A stretch of DNA of 64,000 nt, taken from Ramazzottius varieornatus. Taxonomy: Eukaryota; Animalia; Tardigrada. The notes below the pieces were generated by a model. The model was not told the DNA's origin, did no database searches, and saw only the letters and a list, made by a program, of their open reading frames with translations. Positions 12,007 through 28,400 of this stretch are shown here, in pieces. Numbering within the stretch: position 1 is the first letter of the stretch; every line of letters begins with the position of its first letter. The DNA lies in the NCBI GenBank assembly GCA_001949185.1, contig BDGG01000003.1, positions 4,250,174 to 4,314,173 of the forward strand. The letters run 5' to 3'. The position numbers and the translations under genes are program-made.

Positions 12007-12080
12007 TGGTCCAGCACGGGATCGAACCGTGGACATCCGCGTTATTAGCACGGCGCTCTAACCAACTGAGCTACAAGACC
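12007..12080 (-). tRNA. tRNA-Ile (AAT)
   Basis: GGTCTTGTAGCTCAGTTGGTTAGAGCGCCGTGCT-AAT-AACGCGGATGTCCACGGTTCGATCCCGTGCTGGACCA folds as a cloverleaf with A and B boxes; T5 Pol III terminator at 12000-12004. Confidence 0.95.
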
Positions 12081-12513
12081 CCGACAATTCTTCTGTCCAA
12101 CTTAATCTATTGAATTGAAATATGCACGACTCACATAACAGTGGTTGCCATTGTGTCACGTAAGCTGATTGTACTGTAACGCATGGCATCACAGCATGAT
12201 TTGGGATGAGTTTATTGAAATGCTTTATTCGAATTTACCAGGCTATTTCATATTGTTCATAAACCTCTATCATCTTCTGTATATGGAAAGAAATTTAAGT
12301 AACTACATAAGAAGATGAGCAGCTGAAGACCCGCGGCGTTCTCCGAGACAGTTCACCGGTAGCGGACCCTTGTACAGGCATTACACTCAACCATCAGGAG
12401 CAACAAGGAAGTAAATAAATCCATAGTCGAACCACTGTATATGAAAAGTTTTGTAAAAACGTGTTTTTTTACGAGAACGATATCTTTTCAAACACTCAAA
12501 GACCACAAAGAAA

Positions 12514-15839
<3,326 letters not shown>

Positions 15840-16749
15840 TTCTCTAGATCAGCAGAACGTAAGCAGTCCGAGACAACTGTCAGAAGAAGTGGAAGCTTTT
15901 GTCGTAGGAGTAGCAGGCGTGCAGTAAGTCATCCTCAGTTCCGTCAGGCTCGGAATGAGATACAACTTCCGTGTTGGGAGATCCCAGGTCGTTATCACAA
16001 TAACACCTTATGGGATGAGCTTTATTCGTCCGGAAAGTAAGACATGGATCGGTTAGTACAATCACGGTTGGTTGAAAGCTCCAGCTTCAATCAAATCGAT
16101 ATTTGTGTCACGGTGTGTATCATTCGCTGCGCACCTCTTTTACCCTCATCCAAAATTCATGATCCCGGAAAGCTTACACGCTGGCCCAACCTAGCTGCGA
16201 AGCAGTGTGGCTAACCGATCAATCAACAGCCAAGTTGGGAAGTACCGTTCGCACAGAACCCTTCGCCCTTTTATCCGTCACCAGCCCTTAGAAGACCACA
16301 GCTCTTCACGAGAACTGTAGGTACCAGTTCCCTTCATATTTCGTATTTGTCCCGAATGGTATCGCATATCTTACGGTGTCCGGTGTCGGCAAAGATGCAA
16401 AGAAGGATGACAGTTCGAAACTGGTTGCTGTGAGACTTTCAGGAGTCCCGGGTACCTTGGTGGTCATCCTGGCTACCCTGTTTCCCACTGTGTGTCCGCA
16501 CTGTACATCAACAGTAATCTGTGAGATCACGCTTATGAGGACCTTCAGAGATATGTCGGGAGCAGCGAACTGGCAATGTCCGAAGCAATCGGGCTCATGC
16601 CAAGTTGCGCTCTTGGATCAGTTTTGCTGTCTGAGAAAAAGCTGCAGATCACGTTCTTTTACCAGTGATCACTCGACGTGGACAAAAGGATAAAAAATAA
16701 AAACAAGAGATAAAATACAAGAGAATGTGAGAAATGGTACGATTCTAAG

Positions 16750-19700
16750 TCAATCTCTCCTTCCGCGGTCGGTCCGAACACTTTCATGTGGGAGAGCTGG
16801 CCGGTCGCCTCCGCGGTTCTTCGCAGACGATATGGTAACATCACCTCCTGCTTGCTTCCGCGATCCCGTACACGTACAAGCAGGTTCTTCTCGGTGTACG
16901 GCTAGAGATGTCGAAGTGGCGCTGTCACCCGAAGAACCAACGAAGCTCACCTTGCGGCGGTGTGTAGGCTGATGTACTGAGCCTTGGGACCGCCACACCC
17001 GCAGTTCCTTGTCCGCTTTCACCAACCGACCACAGAGTTCTTCAAGCTCGCTGGGGAAGTGTGAATGCCGTCTTCCAAGCTGCGTCGAAACCGCTGGTCG
17101 GAACTCCTCTTTCTCACATGAATCTGATGAGCTAGACGAAGAAGTGGAATCGGTCTCTTTGTCTCTTTCGTCCGTTTCGGGGTGAGCTGAAATTTTGCCG
17201 CTCTTTTTGGCCTTGATCAGCGAGAGGATTCCGTTTAGCTGCTGAAGGTGTTTCTGGAGATTTTCCATCTGTCATAAGGACATCAGGTTGTCAACATGAA
17301 ACAAGATCTAAATAAAATGGCGCACTTTCCCAGCGACTATAACTGAAAACCTGCGCTACTGGAGAAAACAGTCTTGGTGAGTTTGTTTGTCGAGATAATA
17401 GTATGTAGCTCGCATATTTGTGATTTTTAGTTCTAAATTCGACGTTGTCTCGTTTTATCCATGGTTAGATACATCTATTTTTTTCATATAATTTTTGTTC
17501 GGGGTCGTACCGTTGTTTCGCTGGACTTCTCGGTGAGTCCAGAGCCGCCATTCGACAACTGGCTGATTATGGATTTCAGCTCGGAAGCCATCTCGATGTA
17601 ACTTCTTGCGCCCTCGTCAAGAACCTTCAGTGACTTGTCGGACTGGTCCATCCGACGAAGCTTCTTGCTCATAGTGTGCAGCATCTCGGTGTGCTTCTCA
17701 ACGAGCTGACCCATAACACTCTGACACTTCTTGTTCTCCTCGGCCATCCGCCGCATCGTCGCGTCACAGAATCCTATCAGGTCTCGCACCACCGAATCGG
17801 AATCCTGAGAGTACAACCAATGAAAATACGTAATCATACTCGTATCGAAGATTCCATTTACTTTCAAAATAAGCTCATCTGGACGACGGCAAATGACGTC
17901 GGCCTAATCGTTCCCTCAAGTAGCGCACGCTTTCGGCCAGCAACAAGGACAACTTGCGCCACTTGATATAATGACTACATTCAACTCATCTGCCAACGTC
18001 CCATTTCACTATTAAATTTTCTCGAGAACGTCGGTCTTACCGATTGACCCGGTGCGAACGACGATCTGCTATGCTTGCTTCCGCGATCGCTCATCGAAGA
18101 CCTTGAGAACTTTTTCTTCAAGTTGGAAAACTGCTGGTCCTGCTTCAAGATGGTCAGTTGAGTAACGTCTCGCATTTCCTTTATGTCTCTTTGTAATTTC
18201 TCCCGCACTTCCAACAGGTCGTTCGCGGCAGCCATCAACGCTTCGTGTTGTTTCTCGATGACGGCTTCGACATGGCTGTGTTTCAGCTCAAGGTTCACGT
18301 TCTCCGATCGCAGCACCGCAATCTCTGCCTTCGCCAGCTCTAGCTGGGACCTTTGATCGAACGACATTCTACCGTCAGGGTTCTCCTCCGGAATAAACTT
18401 CCGGTCGTGCTCGGCCTCTGCGGTCGCTTGATCTTTAAAGCCACTTGGTTCAGCCCCGCCTGGAACTTCACGTCCGTTGTTCAAACCCGCAACCTGTGCG
18501 CGGCTGTTGAATGGTGTTGCTTCTTCGAGGTAACTGTCCGCTTTCACGCACACTGATTCTTGGACGGAAGAAACCCGGGAGCTTCTGGCGGACCAAAGCT
18601 CCCTCTCATCGAGTCCATTGGACTTCGCTGCGATCTCGAGTAGGCCCCGCAGTTTCTCCAGCTCGGCATCTACGCCCGATAGCTCTTTCGCTACAGCGAC
18701 TCTGTCAATTTGTAGCTCCTCAATTCGTGCGTGAAAGCCTTGCTCTTGGTCTCGCTTTGTGCGAAGCTCGTTTTCAGCCTGGCGTAGTCGCTCTGTCAGT
18801 TTGTTTACTTGACCGCGGGTTGATTCAAGTTCGCAGAGGACATTCTCCAGTTCCCTAGTTTTCTTCTCAAGTTCGTCTTGATCGTCTTCGCTATTCTTCA
18901 TGTGTGACTGTTCTTCGAGTCGAGCTTCTTCTAGTTCTAGAGTGTTCAACTGATCGCGGAAGAACTGTACGTCATTCAAGGCCTGTTGAAGTTGCCCATC
19001 ACTCTTTCTCAGCTGCGCTTCCAAGTCCGACTTTGAGCTGGCCAAGACCTCGATTTCTTGTTCGGCTTCAACTATCTGTTGTGAGTTTCTGTCGCTAAGT
19101 TCTTCCAGCGCCTGCATCTTCTCCCTAGCTATACCAAGCCCATTTTCCATATTGGTTCTCATGTTATCTAACTCTTCCACACTCTGTCGAAGCCTGAGAA
19201 GTTCCTCGTATCTTTGCTGAAGCTCTTTGTTCTTCTGTGTAAGCTGGTCCTCGTAGTCGGTAAACTGCCCTGAGGTCCGACGAAGCTCATCTTTCATCTG
19301 GCCCATGTCGTTACAGACCTGCTGATGCACATGGCGGAATGACTCAAAGTTCTCAGAAAGGTCGTGCAACTCTTGGAGCTTTTGCGCTAGACTGTCCTTC
19401 AGAACGTGTTCACTTTCCAAAGCTTCGTCAACTTCTTCCTGTAGTCTTTTCAACTGACCTAAAGGATTAGAATCATCGCTCGTCAGTAAGATTTAGAAAA
19501 AAAAACGTCTCACACCGATTTATTTCTTCAATTGAGCCGATATTGAGCAATAGTTGGGAGCCGGGCTTGAGTGGCGCACCCTTCCGGTCAATAACAAATG
19601 AAATGAGCGCCACTTGAAACAACGATCTTGTTTTGTTTGCCCAGCTCCCAGTTTTCCGCTCTAACATTTTTCAGGCAGTTCATCAGGCTGGTGTTTTTCT

Positions 19701-22689
19701 ACGTCTATTTGATCAAAGCCTACCTTTGTTAGCTTCGGTGTGATGGGCGGCCTTCTCATGATATTCTGACAGCGTCGATATCATCCCCTTCAACTGCGCC
19801 CTGGCGTCCTCTGTGTCATGCTGGACGTTCCGGTGCTCTTCCTCCAGCTTCTGCAGTTTGCCTTCCAAATCACGGTTATAGTCACCCATCGAACCCAGCT
19901 GGTAGCTCAAGCGCTGATTTTCCTGCTCGAACCAACATGACTTATCGTATGCCTCCTTCAAATCCTTCTCCATCACTGCCTTTTCCTCTTCGAGAAAGTT
20001 TATGATCTGCCGGAGCCGGTAATCTCCATGGCGTTCCACTGGCCCCAGTTCCAATTCACTTCGCCCGTGAGTTTCCTGATTCGACAGGCTTTCGTCGTTC
20101 CGTCTACCTTCCTCATACGGTAGGAACCCATCTTCACCATGAGTATTTCCATTATAAACATCGAAGGCACCCTCCCCACTGTCTTCTTGTTGGTTAAAAG
20201 GAGGAGCCGATTCCCAAAACACTTCCTCTTTCTGGTCGACGAACGATTCTTCCCCTCGCTTGTTTTCCGCTTCAGTTCCGCATGGCGGTAAATCTTCAAA
20301 CTGTCCTTCGGACAGATCGCCCCTGAAGTCGGGCCCTTGCTGGACGTGCACCAAGTTTTCTAGGGCGGACCACGATCTTTCCAGAAGTTCATCGAATGCA
20401 TCGGTCCATTTGTTTGACCCGTCATCCTTCCCCTTACACACAACACCGTCACCGGAAGCCGACCATCTACAACAAGCCATCTCCTCCTCCGACTGCGATC
20501 CGCTGTCGTTCGTTTCTACCATGGCCCAAGGTTCCTCTACTTCCTCCTCTTCCAAAGCCGCGTTCAGGATTTTAGCCACGTGCAACTCTGCTTCCAGAGC
20601 CAAAACGTAGCTCTCGTCCTGCTGCGAAACCTCAGGTTTATTCATCGTATCCGTATCGTGGTTTTCCGTGTTTGTATGCATGTTCGCGTACTCTGTAACT
20701 TGCGCGTACTGATGTGGGTTGGTCTCACGGTCAGATGTATCGCTTTGCTCTTCACGTTGATCTTTTCTTTCTTTGTCATACAAGTTTGGGTTTTCTGTAT
20801 AGTTTCCAAAACTGGGTTCGTTGTGGAAAGTGGGTTGGTGTGGGTTTTCCATGTTAATTCTTTCAAGATCGGAATTTCTTTCCCGCAAGAACCACATTTC
20901 TCTCTTCATCTCACAGCATTCGGTTTCTTTCTCACGCAGCCTTCGGCAAAGGTCCTCCGTATTCACGAAGCTGGCTTGAAGCTTCTCTTTCAACTCACCA
21001 AGTTCGTGCTGACGAGATTCCAACGCCCCATTCAGCTCGGCATACATGTTTTCCTGGTTCGCCAGCTGTTCGTATACACGGCGCAGTTCGCCTTCTCTTT
21101 GGTCTACCAGCTTACATTTCCGGTGCAGTTCCCCTTCCACAAATTTTTCTCGAGCAACGCCCTCATCGATCACAAAACGAAGCCTGCTGATCTCTTCCTC
21201 CAAATGAGCCATCGAGAAGCTCTTCTGCGCGAAACTATCTTCCAGATTGTGAATATGTTCGTCAATCTGCGAGAAGCACGTCGACATATCCGCCCTGTCA
21301 TTGGCCGAGTTGTTCACTTGTAGCATCAGCTGCTGTATCTGCAGATCCTTCACTTGAACCACCTCTTCCAAATGGAACTTCCTGGATTCTAGGCTCTCGG
21401 TTTTCTTTCTAAAGACCTGCACGTCTTTCCGAGTTGAATCGAGATCATGGAAAGCCTTGTCCAGATCGTGCCTCACTTGGTCAAACTTCTCTTCTAGCTG
21501 CTCGTACTCAATGGTCACGCCCCACAGGTCACTCTTAACTGCTTGTAACTTGCAGTCTTTGTCCATCAACCCACAACGAAGTTTCTCTACTTCTTCGGAA
21601 ACTTCACTTTCCATCCTACTGCTGCCATCCCACCCATTATCGGTGATGTCGGGACTTACTTGTATGCATTGCTCGTTGTGCTCCTTGGCCAGAGTTTCAG
21701 TCGCGTTGTCCGTGGAAGTTCGTTGGTTAATTCCACTGTTCTCATCCTTAGCCGTCTAAACATGCCAAGAAACAAAATAATCAGATTAAGTCAAATGTGT
21801 ACTAACATTCCAAAGAATGCTCGAACGGTTTAACTTAGGACGAACCTCGAGTTTCCGGATGGAGTCTTCCAGTCTGGCAATTCGGCGGTCCTTCCATTCT
21901 ATTATGCTACCTAGTTGTTGAAGTTTCTGAGAGTTTAAGCGCAGTTCCTCGCTGAGTCGACTCGGCGTTATGTTGAACTCGTCGCTCTGTTGCAGCTTTT
22001 CCTGCGAGGCCGAATTAGGGCGCGGTGAGGATTGGTCTTCGGGCAGATCCGAACTCGCCATCTGAAGAACCACATACAATGTTAATATAAGTCCTCTGGC
22101 ATCGAAAAATATGCGAGTACGCTGTTTGGCTGGCTTATTTTCGACCAACAAGGTATGGAGATTTCTGAGTTTTGTAATAAAATTAAGCGGCATACCTTCG
22201 CAGATGACGGCCTGTCACCGAGGGCGTGTTGCGGTGCCTCGTCATGGTACTCAGGAGTTATCGGCCGAGATTCAGAGTCGGAAGTAGTAATGAGTGTCCC
22301 ACTCGATGTGATCTTCGGCCTGCAAAACATCGAAGCACCAAACCTAAATACAGATTTATAGATTCCAGTCCGCCACATAAGATACGAAACAATGCCTACC
22401 TTGAACGCCCAGAAAAAATATTCCGCAGTTTCCCAACATTCGAGAGACTGTGGGCTTTCCAGCCCTCGGCAAAGGCTTGAGGTGAAGAAGAATTTCTCGA
22501 CCCGTTGTCACCTTCGGCGTTTGCTTGCTGCGTGGACAGTTTCACCAGAGAATCTCGGGCCTTATATGAAAAGAGAACTACAGAGTTATTACAGTTTCGG
22601 CGCTAAGCTGGATGAGGAAACGGCACCGGAAGTGAAAGTACAGTACTTACCGGCAAATCTTCCACCACGGCTTCTTCTTCTTCGTACAT
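16750..22689 (-). CDS. Large coiled-coil protein of unknown family (~1600 aa, ~8 exons)
   Basis: ATG 22689 (MYEEEEAVVEDLP|gtaagt), then phase-compatible exons ~22400-22560, 22196-22319, 21846-22061, 19723-21755, 18041-~19459, ~17510-17805 and 16750-17268. Long heptad-rich E/K/Q/L ORFs with an acidic disordered middle. The 3' end is uncertain. Confidence 0.75.
17299..17394. repeat. palindrome family (coiled-coil gene intron)
   Basis: ATGGCGCAC..TGCGCTACTGG..GAGTTTGTTTGTCGAG. Confidence 0.75.
17879..18005. repeat. palindrome family (coiled-coil gene intron)
   Basis: GGACGACGGCAAATGA..CAAGTAGCGCAC-N25-TTGCGCCACTTG..TCATCTGCCAACGTCC. Confidence 0.88.
19553..19651. repeat. palindrome family (coiled-coil gene intron)
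   Basis: TGGGAGCCGGGC..GAGTGGCGCAC-N25-GAGCGCCACTTG..GCCCAGCTCCCA. Confidence 0.88.
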
Positions 22690-23487
22690 GACGAGCACGC
22701 TGTTATGGACGTTCGGAATCAAAACTTCCAGCCCAACTGGTCACAACGCGGTACACAGAGCATGGAACATATCCTTAGCAATCTGCTGGAACAAAAATAA
22801 TCTCGACGACAGAACCGCACTCCGTTATTAATGGATGGATATATCTGGTCGATCCGATACTCAGACCCAGATGGTAATTCGAGAACAGGTCAAGCTTGTT
22901 TACTCACTTGACCTTCTGTTGACCAAAGGCAACCACAAAGGACAAAGTTTCCTAGAGAACAGAGTCCGTAGTTAACACAGGTATCAGGACTCGCGTTGCT
23001 GAGGTGAGGATGTTCTCCAGTCGGCCACTTTGACGTCCAACCGACTTCAGCTCCATTCTGCGATGCTACTGCAGGTTGTGTGCTCGTCTATCGTTTCCCA
23101 TCTACCTCAGATAACCTGAGCAACTTCGACATCTGTCAAGACTTTTAGCAAGCCACGCGCGAAAGGCGTTTTTCGGACCACTGGAAGTGAACTACACACG
23201 TTAAATTCTCGTGCGATCAAAATATCAAAGTCGTAAATCAATGCATGATCAGGCTTTCTTCGCGATGACGGCATGACAGCTTTCATGTTGCTGACCGTAA
23301 AGTAGCGCACAGGCAGTTACTGCTAGCATTGACGGTCGCGACCAGAAGTGATTGTACAGTGTAAACAAGACCGAAACTGAACAAAATTAGCACTTTTTTA
23401 TGATAATCAGGACAGCCTTTAGCTGTAACGAGAGAAACTCCGGCGATGACATGAAATGTACCCCTCATCATAAGAACGTTAGGAAGT

Positions 23488-24637
23488 TTACGAGAAGAAT
23501 CTTTGATGGTGCCCGTTAGGCGTCGCATTGGGTGTTACGGTTTCATCCGATAAGCTGGAATAAGGTCTAGGAGACTGTCCAAGCTGTGCGGGAAGCGGTT
23601 GGATTACTACCGAGCTGTTACCGTTTTCCGTTCCATGAGTCTGGTATGCTATGCGCGTCGTTTGCTGGATAGCATGTGATGGCATGGATTCAACAGGTTG
23701 CCGTCCAAATATTCGGAAGCTTCGTTGTTTGCACACTATGCAAAGCAGGGCCACATTCATGAAAAAGCAACTGACTGCGATAATTGTAATGGCAGCCGAG
23801 ACCCCGTATTTGTATTCGAGGTAGCGACTGATGAACATGAACGAAGTCAGCAGATTTCCAATCTGAAAAGAACAAACAAATATGTTGATGGTCAAATTGC
23901 AACACGGATGTGTCATCTGCGCTTGTTTATCCAATACCAAGCATTACATCAATGGTAATATTGGCCGGAGCCGATGGAGCATCCACCGTGGATCGGTCGG
24001 TCGTGGACGATCCTGTAGAGCTGTCATCGTCGGACCCGGAAGAAGATCCAGGTGCCGAATAGGGAGAATCCATCGCGTCGGCCGTACTTATCAGGTTCAA
24101 GGCAAACATGACCGGGCACAATAGAATGGTCAATAAAGCGAAAATGAAAATTGACTGCATCACGCGGTTGACCGGCAAGTTTTCCACGAATCGTCTGGCG
24201 TACACCATGCACAGGATACCCGTGATCAGGAGGAGAATGCCGGTAAGGATCGTGATGGCATCTGTAGCTCTAAGGAAATCCGGGCTAGCTCCATCCACAG
24301 ATCCGAATATACTTCCGGTATCATACAACGCTGTGAAGTATAAAACGTACTTTAAAACTCTTTACAGTGTTTTTAGTGCACAGTAGAACAGAGGAAGGAA
24401 CCATGTGGTGTGGGAGCTGTTCTACAGTTTTCCCAACTGGCGTACGTTTCCAGTGAAACTGGCTGAGAGTGTGCGCCGCTTGCGAAAGGAAATTTTATCG
24501 ACTCCATGTCCCGATCGCGAGCTTCGATGGTTATGTCGCTACTTACAGTGATCGGGAAGAACGATGCAGGCTAAGCCGAATATGATGTTCGCCACACCAA
24601 TCCCATGATAATCCTGGTACGCTCCTATTCGACACAT
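23488..24637 (-). CDS. Four-transmembrane protein (MS4A/CD20-like topology), 3 exons
   Basis: MCRIGAYQDYHGIGVANIIFGLACIVLPDH | AITILTGILLLITGILCMVYA...SIFIFALLTILLCPVMFALNLI | GVSAAITIIAVSCFFMNVALLCIVCK: four hydrophobic segments; introns 24332-24546 and ~23863-23947. Confidence 0.7.
24411..24505. repeat. palindrome family (4-TM gene intron)
   Basis: CAACTGGCGTAC..GTGCGCCGCTTG. Confidence 0.8.
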
Positions 24638-25408
24638 CTTCACCTGGGTTCGGAAATTCTTTGTATCAGAAGGCTGGTGGAAAGTTGAAGCGGGCACACG
24701 GTGATCAGTGCGTCTCCTGCGAAATCAACATATCAAAGCTCGTCCGACCGATGAAAATACGTGCAGGTACTCCAGAACGATCCTGCACGTGCGAGTCAGG
24801 AGTTCAGAGAAAAGCAATGTTTACACTTTGTATTATTTCCCAGTCATCGCGCGAAGTTAGACGGCCGAAACTTGCCACTTTGTAATGTCGTTGTTTTTTG
24901 TCTCTGTATCGGTTCGTTCATGCTTCGCTTGTCGGTCGAGTTGAGATCTACCATGATTCTGTATGCGTATTTTCCGGTTCTTCAACAACGACCCCCAGCA
25001 CGCGTGCACCATACTCTATTGAACATGCGTGCCATATGCCATACAATGCCCGCAAGCGTGCGTTGATTCCGCCGCTGAAATTCAAGGGAAATGACGTTTG
25101 CTGTAGCTTAGTTCCAACTACGACGCCGAATTTGTTTCCAGAATGCATTTTATTACTTTCCGAACTCCGCATAATCATTCATTGGGGAGAACCCGAAAGT
25201 CACGAGACGGAAATTTTCTGGGGCAGCCGCCGCGCAAAGAGAGAATCTGATGAGGTGGAAAAGCGCAAAATCACGCATACCAAAACCCAAATTCTAAATT
25301 GATTTTTTGAATAACTAAAAAATCTTCTAGTTGAACTAAAAAAACACAGAGACGAAAAATACCATAGGGTAAATCACAAAAACAAAAGCAGACTGACTCA
25401 ATCAACTT

Positions 25409-28400
25409 TCAGACCGTGGTAGTCGGTTGCAGCAGTTGGTGGCCGTCTTCCAGGAAGGTGTATTGGTCCATAGGACGAAGCTCGCAGGAATAGCGATGCA
25501 TATCGAAGGCTTCTTGATGTGACAGACGAATAGGACGTCGTCCATCATCATCCGAGTGTGGCGGACTCGGGAAGTGGATGTGAGGCTGGTGCTTCCGCGC
25601 AAACCTTGCGGTGTGCGAAGAATGAGGTACGTCTTCCACACTGCTTGGACTGCTGGAAGAACCAGCTGGCGGACCACTTCGGGCTCTGACTAGGGACGCT
25701 GTTCCCATGTGCCGAGAGCGAGTCGGAGGCCGGCGTCGTGGCGCCGGCTTGGGACGGTTCTTGTGAAGGTTGATGTTGAGCCGTTGGAGGTTATCCGAAT
25801 CGGAAGTGACGCTTCCGTTGCTCGTTCGTGGAATGGATTGTCTTTGGAAGGTTCCTTCACCTGCAAAGATTCCGAGATAAATATGCACTAGTGAAATCAG
25901 TAATGTTATCAAACAGAGAAAACATAAACACAAATTTGCATCGCATTCGGCAATAGAATTCGCAGCTCGAGACACAAGATCGTTTTCTCAAGTGGCGCAC
26001 GCTTTCAGTTAATAACACCGAAAAGATGCGCCGCTTGGATAAGGAACTTTGCCGAGTTTGTCCACGGGGCGCAGCGTGTACGTGTCATTAGATAGAACCG
26101 TGCGCCACCTGAAAAGCTGAGTTGTCGAGTGTGGTTGCCAACCACTCTATAAAAAGTTTGTATGTGAAAAGGTTGGGTTTTCAGAAGTTGGAATTACGCC
26201 GCCTACCGTCGGTGTGTTTCAGGTTGCTGCCAGAGAAGCCCGAATCCGGAGTACTATCATCTCTCTTGATGACACGGACACTCCGTGGAGTTTGGTAGTG
26301 CGTGTCGATTTCGTGAAGACTGATGTTGTTAGTTCGAATGGTGGTGTTCAGTCGCTTTGGAGACCCGTAAGGCGGGGGACTGATCATCAAGTCGTTGTTA
26401 CATATGGGCGGACGCCACTGCTGGGGAGTGCCTCCCAGCGATACCGGCGTACGATGATTCGGATCGGAGAACTCATTAATGGTTTTCCAGGGTGTCTGCT
26501 GAAACGATGAACTCTTTCGAGGTGTGAGGTAGTCCAAGTGGTGGCTGATGAGTCGCCTGTTGTTCGTCAAGTCCCGATCTACAAGATGAAAAATCTTCAA
26601 AACTGAACGGATGTTTTTCTCTCTGGTAAGAAGAGATCGTACTTACCGTTTGATGGATATTTATGACTTCTGCGTCGTTTAACCAACACAGCGGCAGCTG
26701 CAATCAGCAACAGTGCAAAGATGGTTCCACCGACAGCTGCTGAAATCTTAGGAGGGTCTTCATGGAAGGATCGAACAGACTGTTCTTTCCTCACGATGAC
26801 TTCCGGCAGCATTGCATCTGTGGCGAGCAATGAGTTTTATACCATGAGCCAGTATATTAATTTTACGGAAATATTTCACAAAGTTGCGCACTGTCGGCTT
26901 ACCACCGTTTTCTGTGAGAGTCCCGAAGACGTATTCCCGCTCAGTAACACCTGCGTCATTCACAGCTCGTAGTTTCATTCTGTAGGCTTTCTGGGGCTCC
27001 AGGTCGGGAATAGTGATGCTTTCGGCATTGCCTGGAATCTGGTCGCCATATCGTACCCATTCTTTCTCGGAGTAGGCTTGGTACTGGATGCCGAAAGTCT
27101 TGATGGGACAACCTCCGTCTTTCCAGGCAGAAAGGAAAACGATGACGGAAGTTGTGTTCGGGAAGATGAGGCTCTGCAAGTCCGACGAGATGGCAACTGG
27201 AATACCACACCGTTAAGTCGCTTGTCTGATCCTGATAGTAATGTATAACTTTTTCTACAGTACTAACCTTGTCCAGGAATGCTAGCTCTGACACTGGTGG
27301 ATGCTTCGCTAGTGCCGATGTCATTGTAAGCCGTGATGTAGGCCGAGTACGAGTGACCACACAGAAGGTTCTTGAGAGTGTAAGTCTGAAAGTTTGCCGG
27401 AAGTGTAATGCTCTTCCACGGCTCGTCAGCGGACTTATAGTACAGCGTGTATCCCTTGACTGTACTTCCTCCATCGTAAAGAACCTTCCAGCTGACCACA
27501 ACGCTATTGTCTGTGACTGAAGTCACCGACATGTTTGGTGGCATCGGAGATCCTAAAGCAGAAACCGACCTGTATGAATCTATGGTCTTACGTTTAAGTT
27601 CTTGCTAAAACGGTTCCGAAGTTCACTTACGTTGAACAATTAAAGTGACATCGACAGCGTCCTCTCCGTAGGTGTTCTTAACGCGACAAGTGAAAACACC
27701 GGAATCAGACGGCTGGTTCTTCACTATCTTCAGCGAGCCATTGAGAAAAATTTCTCGATTGTCACCCCCTTTCACCAATCGATTTCTGTAATCAAGACAT
27801 TGCAGGGTGAGCTTGTCAACATACAGCAATCCATTTGGGAGCTCAGCAAACAGGTTTGCCTAGAGTTTTGGTGAGGGCTCCTCTCACCACCGGCACCACC
27901 GATGGGCTCATCTCACCACCGGTTTTAATTGACAAACCACCGATGGGCTTTTCTCACCACCACTAATATATTTAAACTTCTGACACCACCCACGGCTCAT
28001 CGCACCACCATCCAGAATTTTATTTCAATTGGAGGCGACCGAAATACTTGAAACTATGTAGTACGTCAGAAATTTGTCGCTGGGAGAATACATCAGCCGG
28101 TAGGATGACAAAGAACTTTAGAAGTACCACAGTGTACATACTCATTTGGACAGACACAGGTATTCAAGAACGAAGATTTCCGGACGACCCTGCGATCGGC
28201 GTTAGGTTGTGGCTCCGGTGCCTATTGGGCCAAATACGCCACCGGGTCGTCCGGCGTAATGAAAGTAACGTTGTCCTGGTAGTTTAGAGCAACTCGCACG
28301 GCTGCGCCACCCTTTCGTGGTGGTGGTGGTGGTGGTGGTGGTGAACTTGTGATTTTCTGGTTCATCTCATCACATTTCGTTTAATTAAAGAAGTGGTGAG

